NCBI GenBank assembly: GCA_012026655.1 | Contig: JAAILG010000537.1 | Location: 1 to 64,000, forward strand | DNA length: 64,000 nucleotides | Origin: Hydrolagus affinis | Taxonomy: Eukaryota | Direction of reading: 5' to 3' | In this document: one piece after another, positions 13,214-22,908 of the stretch | How positions within the stretch are numbered: position 1 is the first letter of the stretch | Layout of the letters: each line of letters opens with the position of its first letter | Notes under the pieces: model-generated | Databases searched by the model: none | Seen by the model: only the letters and a program-made list of their open reading frames with translations | Told to the model about the DNA's origin: nothing | Made by a program: the position numbers and the translations under genes

Positions 13214-14999
13214 TTGATTCAGGCGATGGCATGGTGGACACAATGATAGGCGCTCCCGTACGCCTGGTGGCTTTCTGAAGCGCAGAGTTGGCCAGGTGGT
13301 AGGCTGAGCCGGCGGGAGTCAAGGCAGACTCCATCTGCGCTCCTTGCTTTCGGAGAAGCTGCGGGCTGTGGTGGGGGCTGAGCATCGGAGACATGGGCGG
13401 GTTGCGGTCCCTCTTCATCAGCTCCATGGGCACGGTGTAAGTGGTGGAGTAGGCTGTTTTGGGCACTGTGCTGGGGTGTGTATGGAGTGTGGTCATTGGG
13501 ATCCCCGACTGGGCGTAGATGGCTCCCGATCGCTGGCACTGCAGCCCCATCGGGGCCGGGCTGCTGTAGCACGTGGACACTGGGAAATGGCCGCCTAGTC
13601 TCCCAGGTGAAGCGTAGGTGGTGGTTTCGAGGAGGTGTTGGGTGGGGGCGCTGGACGGGCGGCGGGTGATATCGGAGAGCCTGGGTGACACTGGCTGCAG
13701 TGCCATGACTTGCTGTTGGATGCCGCCGTCCATCATGGCCGAGTGCATGCCGCCGTCGTTGCGCATCAGTTCGTTCCTGTGCGTGAAGCTGTTGGAGCGA
13801 GCCCTCATCCGGGCACTGTTACCCTGCAGTTCCTGCCGCAGCTGCAAGTCAGCTTTGCAGTTATGCACCAGCCGGGACAGCACCCGAGCCTGGCCCAGGT
13901 TCGGAGACAACGCCTTGACGTCGTTTTCTTCCAACATGGCCAGGAAAGTCATGGAGTCGAACCCTTGCTGCAGCAAGGAAGCAATGGTGCCTTCCGACAA
14001 CCCCTCCGAGCGCAGCCACGCCAGGAATTCGGGATCGAGGTCCTTCTTGACATCTTGTCCGGGCATTCCCGCAGGCATGTGGCTACGAGGCATCGCCATC
14101 GTATTGTCGTAGCCGTCATACATGGTTTTCGAAACCAAGCCGTCCGTGGCATAATCGTGCATCATCCTGGACGGGACGCCTTGCCTCGGACTCCTGAGCG
14201 TGTTCGGAGGGGGCATCCTATCCAAGGTAGGGTCACAACCAGACCCGGTGGCCGGATCCACGACTAAACATGTCGGAGTTACCTGCCGGGCGAGTGCGGG
14301 GTCCACCAGCCGGCCGGAAAGCTCGCTGTACATCGACTTGTTAGCCAGGGACGGTGGTTCTGCTCCGTACCGAGCGAGCTGGGTCTCAGCACCATATCTT
14401 GCTGGAGACAGATCTCGGCTACGGATTTTCTGTCCCTCGTGCACGAGCTTGCCAGAAGGATCACGGTACATTCGGCCTCCTTCAGGAGGGGGAGGGGGCC
14501 TGCCTTGCGAGCTGTCCCATGATATTCTCCCCCCTGGCATCCCATAATTCTGCATTGATCTGTTAAGCATGTGGTCCCTATAAAACCGAGTCTCTTCAGA
14601 CGGCCTAAGAGCTACTGCAGGATCCGAGTAGTAATCCTGTGGAGGCAGAGAGTTGCGGCCAGACATTACAAGCTGCTTTTCGTAGGACAGATCGGGCACG
14701 GAACTTTTCCTCACGATTCTGCGATCATATCGACTGGGATAACCTTGATTAACCCCAGTGTCTGGACAGCTGTATCGTTCCGGATATCGCTCATACTCTC
14801 CTGCCAAGTTAATATTGTGGGGTCTAACTCCAGGCGGGTCGTAGACAACAGTTTCACCACTATAGGTCAGTGAATTCCGTCTGCCATAAGGCGCTTGGTA
14901 CTCATATATGCTCTCGTTGTCCCAGTTGTCTTCAAACCATCCACCAGCGTCCCAGCTCTGAGATCGGCCAATGCTTGAATGCTTGCTAGGGACAGGCAT
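13214..14999 (-). CDS. CTBP2: RIBEYE A-domain exon (retina/hair-cell ribbon-synapse isoform of CTBP2); 595 codons + 1 nt, spliced to the shared B-domain exons outside the window
   Basis: The 610-aa ORF begins MPVPSKHSSIGRSQSWDAGGW and contains GRRNSLTY, YRDPSGK, RQVTPTCLVVDP, PEFLAWLRSEGL..LLQQGFDS..PNLGQARVLSRL, RRPSSAPTQHLLET, TAYSTTYTVPMELMKR and RRTGAPIIVSTM, all recognisable RIBEYE A-domain blocks. In-frame TAA at 15023-15021 precedes the ATG. Phase-1 donor GAA TCA A|GTAACT has its GT at 13213-13212. The last 15 ORF residues are intron read-through. Confidence 0.96.
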
Positions 15000-15149
15000 T
15001 GGGATAAAAATGACTTCAGCTTAGTTAAAGAAGAGGAGGGACTTTGGTCTACAAACACATGAAACAAAGGAGGTTGGTTTCACCTGACCCCCCAACTGGG
15101 ACTGCAGAACCAGGCAACGGAAGGTTTTCTATTACAAAGTACTCCTTGA

Positions 15150-15710
15150 ATTATTAATCCACAGAAACATCAGTAGGGGGAAAAAAACACAACGCACCTT
15201 GTTGCAGATTCTCATTGCGCACTGGCTGAATGAAAGGTCCTCTTTGTGCTTTGCTTGCAGATGGAAAGGGAGCTTGAGTTAATCCGAACGTTTATCCCTT
15301 CTTGCATGGGACTCTCATGTGTGGGCAACTGGCTGGACGGACAGTACATGCGGATTAAGAGCTAAACAAAACCAGCAAAGCCCCTGCTGCTGGTGACATC
15401 AATTGAGTACGTTTCGAGACGCTGCATTACGCACAGTGTGCGGCTACGCCGTTTACACGTTTAACACTGAACCCCTGAATATTCTGATAGAGAATTTTTT
15501 TTTGCAAAGAAACCAAAAAAGAAAAACTCTTTGAGGATTTTTAAAAGAAACAGGAGAAGCTGTGGGTTATTTTTTTTAGGAAAATGGGAGGAAGGAAGGG
15601 AGGGCGGGAGGGATGGAGGGGGAATTGCTGAAGGAGTTAAAAAAAATCTGAAAATCCCTCTCTGTCAGCACAACCAAATCCATCCTGATGAAACACTAAT
15701 CCATTGAATG
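15150..15710 (-). promoter_or_regulatory. Putative RIBEYE promoter/5'UTR region with photoreceptor-type transcription factor motifs
   Basis: TAATCC/GGATTA (CRX/OTX K50 homeodomain site) at 15155-15160, 15280-15285, 15352-15357 and 15697-15702. CAGATGG E-box at 15258-15264. MAF/NRL-like half sites AATTGCTGA at 15623-15631 and GTCAGCA at 15664-15670. Lies directly upstream of the RIBEYE ATG with no recognisable repeats. Confidence 0.55.
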
Positions 15711-16744
15711 GAATTGAAAACAAATTATACGTGAGTGGGAGCGTCAACAAAACCCCCCTCCCACCCACCAGAAATTTCAGAATGAATGAGCCAAGAATTC
15801 AACAAAGAATTATCCCCTTTTAGTTGTACAGTTTAAACACTTCCATGTCTTATTGATTTGGGTGATGTAATCGAGGTCTTTGTGTCACATGGCGAGTCGA
15901 ATTTAGCAACTTAAGTCATGCTCAGCGAAAGATTCAGTTTGCATCATTACCATAATACGAAAATCCTCTCATCATCCCAGAAAGGAAAATTGCCAGGATG
16001 TAATCTGGAATTTGCAGCTTTAGGAACTACGGCTGAGGTCAAAACTCTGGGAACATGAATAAAAAGGGGGCAGTACTCTGGTCTATTGGTGCACAGATGG
16101 ATTGGGACAAGAGCAATACGCGGGGCCGATGCCTCAATGTAGACTGTTACAAAACACGAAGCTACTTAACTATCAAATCTAAAATTCCCCCCCACACACA
16201 ACAAGTTTCCAGTGAAACCGAAAGCGTTGACGCTCTCCTTAGGATTCGATCAATACTTTCTCTCACAATCTTTTTCCCCACCAGTTTATTAAGAGGTTAA
16301 AGTCATCTCTGTTTTGCTGCGGTCAAAGAGACATCAGCTGTCTCCTGCTTTGTGGTGCTGCACCCAAACCAATATGGTAATTTATGGTCACCAGCATATT
16401 TGACACATATTCACAATCTCCACGTGAATCTTACCAGGTCAAATGTGGTTCAAATAACAGGCCTGATCCAAACAATAGCAGAGTGTCCACTTCCTGGAAA
16501 AGCAGCGGTGGTGGAATTTCTTTTTATGATTTCCTTGTTTGCAAGAATTGAACCTACTCAGGTTCAATGTCACAGAGTCAAGACAACTGCAGGTCATGGA
16601 GTAAACAGCACGTCCAAATCAATCTAACCAGAGTCTTGGAGGATGGAGTAGTTAGGAAAGACAGAGGTGCAGGAAGCACAGGGCAGGAAGAGCAAAAGGT
16701 CAAAGGAATATCTCAAATGGAAGAATTAATGCAAATTCATAGAA

Positions 16745-16767
16745 CCAATTAATTTGACTGCAGTTAA
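16745..16767 (+). repeat. Exact 23-bp direct repeat, copy 1 (copy 2 at 17445-17467)
   Basis: CCAATTAATTTGACTGCAGTTAA occurs identically at both positions. Confidence 0.95.
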
Positions 16768-19700
16768 GATTGGGAATCGCCCCCCACCACCAATCCCATG
16801 ATTTGAACAACTAAATCTATGAGTCTGCATGTGATAGATTTTGTCCGTTTTTAACCACATTAGGAGGTGAGATATTACACCTCAGGGAAGCATGTGTGTG
16901 TCTGTGTGTGGGGGTGGGTGGGAGAAGGAAAGGGAGAGGAAGGGAGGGAGTGAGGGAGGGAGATATGACACTGTCTGCATTTTCTTGCAATGACTGCATG
17001 TCTGACCCACAGAGCAACTCTGATGGATACTGTGAAAGAAGCCGCACGGACACTTTCACAGTTTGAAGGGCGGATTCAGGAAGTTGGTGGGCAATGATAC
17101 ACAAATAAAATGCAGAGAGAAAAACAGAGAGGAAAAACACATAAATTAAAACAAGAATGACTACATAGCCTCCTCCATGTTTATTTTTAAAAGAAACAAA
17201 AAGTTGAAACACCAAATCCTTGCCCTCAGTTATATATCCTTAACAAGCCAAAACCACCTCATCTTGGTACCTTTAGGCTAATAATGAACTTAAGGATGAA
17301 GAAGTGTATTAATGTGATTTATTTTACAGTTGTCATTACTTGTTAATGTTAATTCAAAAATGCCCGACAGAGGCATCCACTACCGACTGCTGCTTCAAAC
17401 CCAGCCAAGATAGATATTGAATATGTGCTGGGAATTTTGCCTTTCCAATTAATTTGACTGCAGTTAAAGGTTTGCCAAATGTACATGCTACAGTCTCCCT
17501 GGATTCTGACTGCTGCTTGGTGGAAATGGCCGCTGGAACAAAAAATATATATACGTCCTGACAATTCCCTGGAAGCCAGAAACTCAACCGATCAGGTTTA
17601 TAAAGCGAGTACTTGGTTTTTTGCTGGGATTCAGCTCTGAAATACACCCGAGATCATTCAGACGGTTTTGCCCACCATCATTCACAAATCTCTCACACTG
17701 GTGCACAGATGCGCCACAGAGTGGCTCCAGCCCTACATTAAAACGGCACAGAGACCTAATCATTAGGGTAGCATAAAGAACATCATACATCAGCAGAATC
17801 TGAAGGAATGGACTACTTACTGCGCTAAGCATCTAAAAGTACATATTTCCTGGAGCACCTTTACGCCTGCCCTCGTTTAGATACTGAATGACTGGCTGTG
17901 TGGATTTGAAGCGTCATTGCAGCATTGTCGCATTCACGGTTATTTCAATGATACATTAAGTAGACTATGGAAATGATGCCACTATATTTTCTTCCGTCTC
18001 CTCCTAAAAGTGTTTAACTCCTTTACTTTGCAGGGGTACCTTTCCAGGGGCACCCTTCTCTTTACAATCCAGGACTACCAAGTCCACTTTTAATGCCCAA
18101 AGGATTCAAACCTACAAGTTTCTGTACCGTCTCGTGCTGCCTTTGTAATATGCTACCAGAACGAGTGCAGGGAGCAGTGGCACATTGAAATAATTAGCCT
18201 CCTCCTACACTGGTTCTGCTCCTTCAGTCCTTTCCACAGAGGATCTATCCCCCTTACAGCGACTTACACAGGCAAGAGGAGACAGCGCTGAAAAGTCATC
18301 CAACGTTAAATAAATAATCACAAGCACAGATAGCTGCTCAATTTTCCACACGTCGGCTCTTGTTTGGAGCACATACCGCCTCAAGTTAACTAAACGTGGG
18401 GGCGCAACTGTGGAAAGAGTTCTGGCCGCCTGCAGTATTTGCCAGAGGAGCAGTGAAGCCCCTTGCGACCTGACCTCTTTGTACTTCTCTCTGCTCATTG
18501 TACAGACTGGACGTTAACCTATTACAAAGAATAGAACACCAGGAACTAGAGATCGTTGATGAGGTTTATTCCACGTGACTACCTTTTTAGCCACATTAAA
18601 ATGCTGTGCCTTGAAATTTTGTGGGCCGTTGGAATTTGGCTACTGGGAACATTTATGGCGCTGTTTTGAGAGCAAAGTAGGAATCCATTCACGTCCAATG
18701 CGTTTACAGGGCAGGCAAATTACTTTTACTTTGGGATCTACACAGGTGGACCAGCGATGTGTGATCCCTTGAAAGTTGCTCTCAAGTGTAAGGTACCGGC
18801 GTACTTCTGAAGTGCTCTGTTCAGTCTAATTTACAGTGTAACGTTTGTAGGAAATTATGCAGTGTATACCATAAACGGTTTCTTAAAAATAGGCATGTCA
18901 TTAAACACCGCATTGGAAACGTGAAAAAAAATGCTTCTTTGAACCTTCTCAGTAATCTCACATTTTATCCGTGACATGGATCTTATGAGGCTCATTTTGA
19001 GGTGCCTTTTTTAATCTTGCGTGTATCTAACTACAGCGGACATGGTGGACTTACTGAGGTTGCTGCTTCCTCCCCCACACACGCAAACAATTCCCTTCAT
19101 TCAGAACATTCTAAGGTCGAGATCTGCACGTTATAGATTGCACACTTCAAAGCTGTTATGGCAATTGCAGAATATCTATTCAAAACATTAATGCCTCCCA
19201 TATGTCTCCCAACACCACTGCAGAAGGCACGAGCTGTGAAACGCAATGAGCAGGCTTGCACTTCCCTGCTGGCTTCTGGGCTGCACACCAGTGAAGTGGT
19301 CTTCTTCCCACTTAATGCTTCATTTATGCCTCAGAGTAAGGTGGAGGCTGGTGAGAATTGAGTACCCCCAAGTCAGTCAGCGCTGTGGATTGGCCCCGTC
19401 AGCACAGCAGACATGCCATGTATTGATCTTCCCTCCACCCACACTTTCCACCTTCCCACTCAAAGAGTCACAGCACTCGAACCTGCTTCGATCACTGCTC
19501 CTGAATATTCCTGTAACAAGGATTGAGCTTATTTTAAAAGGGAGCCTGCACTTGCAATAGTGTGGGACACCAACGATTTGAAATAGGAGACAAATTCTGC
19601 CCATTCACAACACATTCATTTATAAAGAAGGTAAGAGCACGCTTCCTCTCAAGAAAATCTAAAGCCATTAACGTCTCAAAGAATAAACCAGAACTTGACT

Positions 19701-20504
19701 GGACCAACAAGTACTTGACTGGCAGAGCAACCAATTCTTTATAAGTAACTTTAGGCCTGGTAGTTAATCAGCCAGCACTGGATTTGAACCCTTAAAATAA
19801 ATTGTCCAGCAAACGTTTCATCTCCAGTGCTTGTCTCCAGCATTTGTTGTGCCATCAATCATTGAGGTCTTGTTTATTTGGCAGGGCGAGGCTTGGCATC
19901 GCTCCACTAGACTGTGAGTTCTGTTTCTTTATTTGTCACGTAACGAGAGACATCACCAATACATAAAACATCAGCCTCGAAACCCAACTTCCCCATCTCT
20001 CCCACATCACATATTCTTTGCAATACAACGTCATGCATTTTACACGTGATACCATTGAAATGGTATCCGGTTAACCTATCGGTGATGTTATTGAACTCAG
20101 TCCTAAATGTTTCCCACTAAATAGAGACTTCAAAGCCCCTCAAATCCCACAAAGAGTTAGCCCGCAAGACCACCTCATCTTGAAATTTTAAATGACATGG
20201 AATTGAGGTAAATTGGTAAATTGTTAATCTCAAGTTTTAATTCAAAGCCAATTTCTTTCTAAAACTCTGCAGGGGAAAAAATATTCTGAATTTAGGAATC
20301 CGCACAATTCTGCACAATCTTACAGATGAAGACGGGGCAGGAAGAAGTGATCACAAGCCCAGCAAATGTGAAAACTATTTGCACCAGCAAAGTCCCACAA
20401 ACAAGCATAAAGCCAATCAATGACCGTTTAATCTGGAAGATTGTTGAGCAGGAGAAACTCTTTTATCTTCAAATAGTGTCACAGGCTCTGGGAGCCTTTC
20501 AAAA

Positions 20505-20826
20505 GGAGCTCTGGTAGCTTAGTGCTTAGAGCACTTGCCTTACAAGCGTGAGACCTGTGTTTGAATCCAGGCAGAGCAGGGCAAAAACTTGGTCAAGTTT
20601 CTTTACTGTATACACCTAATAATAATCTGTCTGAAAAAATCCCACAATAGTAAAAATTGATCATTTCAATCTACAACTGTTTGTGGGACACTGCTGTACG
20701 CAATTGGCTGCTGCGTTTCACCCACAAATATACAGTCAATTCATTTTACAGTATATCCTGTGACGCGCTTCGTGACATCGATAAGATGTGAAAAGTGCTA
20801 TGTCAAATGCAATAATTATTTATTAT
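20505..20826 (+). mobile_element. Full-length tRNA-derived SINE
   Basis: Same head, body and tail as 51222-51549. Confidence 0.88.
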
Positions 20827-21454
20827 AAACGAGATATTAACTTCTATTCCCATCAGAATTCCGTCCAGTTAAGCAAAAGTGAGAAACGCCATTAGGGACG
20901 TCCTCCCCACGTGAAAGGCGCTTTACAAATTTTATTTTCTGTTGTATTTGTAGGAATGGAGTTGCTCAATGGCCTTTGAAAAAGGCGATGTGTTTCACCT
21001 CTCTCTCTCCACACGACTTGAGAATGTTTCGTGGAAAATGAAATCAATCACCAGCTATTGTTCCCAGAGCTGCCAGTCAAACACAGAAGTGCAGGGGAGC
21101 AGCAGGAAGCTAAATTCGTGGCAATGTGGTTGGCAAATGCAACACAGAAAGAACACTTCCTGAGTGAAACGTGATGCCAGCCTGCATTCAGCACATACCC
21201 AGGTACGTATGAAAGGTGATGTTGAGAGACAGTAAGTTTACTGCCTTGGGAATAATAAAGTAATAATAACAATCGTTGCATTTGATATAGCACTTTTCAT
21301 GTCTTCTGGCTGTCTCAAAGCACTTCACAGAATATAAAGTGAATTGACTGTACATTTGTGGGAGGAACGCGACAGCCAATTGTGCACAGCAATGTCCCAC
21401 AAACAGTTGTGTATTGAGTAACCAAATTATCACTACAGTATTATTTTCTTGGGA

Positions 21455-21848
21455 TCCTGGTCCTCATCTTCAAAGCTCTCCATGGCCTTTCCCCACCCTA
21501 CCTCTGCGACCTCCTAACCCCCTGCACCCTCCGCTCAGTAGACTCCGGCCTACTCCATGTCCCCCGACCTACCCGCCCCACTATTGGCGGGCGAGCCTTT
21601 AGCCACTCTGCCCTCAAGCTCTGGAATTCCATCCCGCAGTCTCTCTGCCTCGCGCTGTCCCAAGCCTCCTTCAAGTCCTGCTGCAAGACCCTCTTCTTCA
21701 ACAGTCCCATCGGTCACCCCAAATCCTTTCCTTTCCCTCCACCCTCCCCGATCCCGACCCCAGCTCAGGTATGAAACATTGATTGTCCAGCGCCTTGGGA
21801 CGTCCTCCCAACGTGAAATATACAATTGTCATTTTGTTGTTGTTGTTG
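21455..21848 (+). mobile_element. L2-clade LINE 3' fragment (ORF2 C-terminus, 3'UTR and (TTG)n tail)
   Basis: Translates with a frameshift as LVLIFKALHGLSPPYLCDLL...LRSVDSGLLHVPRPTRPTIGGRAFSHSALKLWNSIPQSL...FKSCCKTLFF, the typical L2 ORF2 end. Ends gcgccttgggacgtcc...gtgaaa...ttgttgttg. Confidence 0.85.
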
Positions 21849-22167
21849 AGGGATTATAATCAGGCATGTTGTGTAAGCAAACTAGCCCAAGGAATTGCCC
21901 TGCTGGGATTCAAACCCAGGTTACTAGGCAAGTGCTCTAAGCACTGAACTGCAGGAATCCACATGTGTGGGATTGGAAAAGACCATTGCTCTTAAATGCT
22001 AAACTTGCAACTAAATAATAATAATCATATTAATCTGTCTGTCATTAATCCCGCTAATTGCATTATTCACCAAATAGTCAACTAATTACCTCTCAAGCGC
22101 CCTCTTAGTCCCTCTCTTCTTAAAGGGATCTCCTCTTGTTGCATTCCATTGAATTCTATGAGCATTC

Positions 22168-22237
22168 ACAACAACAACAACAACAACTTCGATTTATATA
22201 GCGCCCTCCACGCCGGACGGCATCTCAGAGCGCTTCA
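22168..22237 (-). mobile_element. Very short retroposon 3' end (stem-loop + (TTG)n); further copies at 46452-46518(-) and 36662-36718(+)
   Basis: ttcgatttatatagcgccctccacgccggacggc(a/g)tctcagagcgctt is shared with one mismatch between 22.2 kb and 46.5 kb. Confidence 0.75.
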
Positions 22238-22636
22238 CCCCTGATTCCGTCAACCTCTCACTTGGTAAACAGATTCTATTCTCAGGATTTGCTGCATTAG
22301 CTAATCTCAGCTGGAGTGCTACAATTGGCCTCAGGCTAGTAAAGGAACATGTAGCCAAGACTCTTGCTCTCCATCCAGGAACTCCCATGAACAGACTTGC
22401 AGGCAATGACTTTGGGGCGAAGACAAAATTTAGGCTTTAATGTGGTGTAAAATATGCAGCTTAATGCAGTGTACACTCGCATCACATGCTGCATTCCTTA
22501 CCCCATCATTCCCGAGCCACAGAATTGATTAGCAATGTTGCAGTATTGGAAGGCATTTCTTATCACATCATTTCTTACCAACCTGGGTTATTAAGTAACA
22601 GCAGCAATCTGCATTTAACATCCGGTTTATTTAACC

Positions 22637-22736
22637 NNNNNNNNNNNNNNNNNNNNNNNNNNNNNNNNNNNNNNNNNNNNNNNNNNNNNNNNNNNNNNNN
22701 NNNNNNNNNNNNNNNNNNNNNNNNNNNNNNNNNNNN
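22637..22736. other. Assembly gap (100 N)
   Basis: Run of exactly 100 N. Confidence 1.
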
Positions 22737-22793
22737 AATAGACTACTGAAGACTAGAATCCAAAGTCTTCAGTAGTCTGTTCTGGTCAGGCTA
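22737..22793. repeat. 18-bp inverted repeat and possible MITE terminus beside an assembly gap
   Basis: AATAGACTACTGAAGACT, 9-nt loop, AGTCTTCAGTAGTCTGTT, then CTGGTCAGGCTA. Confidence 0.7.
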
Positions 22794-22866
22794 GAAAGTC
22801 AACAACTCTATTTATAACTCACACAGAGTATTTGAAGAATACAAAATGTCCAATGCAAAAGTCAAG

Positions 22867-22908
<42 letters not shown>

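Noticed and set aside
14685-14700. PxDLS CtBP-binding motif in SSVPDLS
   Set aside because: The spacing is P-D-L-S rather than P-x-D-L-S, so it does not match the motif.
13200-14800. CpG island at the RIBEYE exon as a promoter
   Set aside because: The CpG richness coincides with the coding sequence and is explained by codon content.
13219-14873. Overlapping ORFs on both strands within the RIBEYE exon (e.g. 13710-14267+, 13618-14112+)
   Set aside because: Expected shadow ORFs of a GC-rich coding exon, with no independent protein signature.
17821-17832. 12-nt microexon tttAG|ATGCTTAGCGCA|GTAAGT on the minus strand
   Set aside because: The donor is good but the polypyrimidine tract is weak. 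In phase 1 it would introduce TAG, and from its own ATG it ends in phase 0, incompatible with the shared exon. It could only be non-coding and has no other support.
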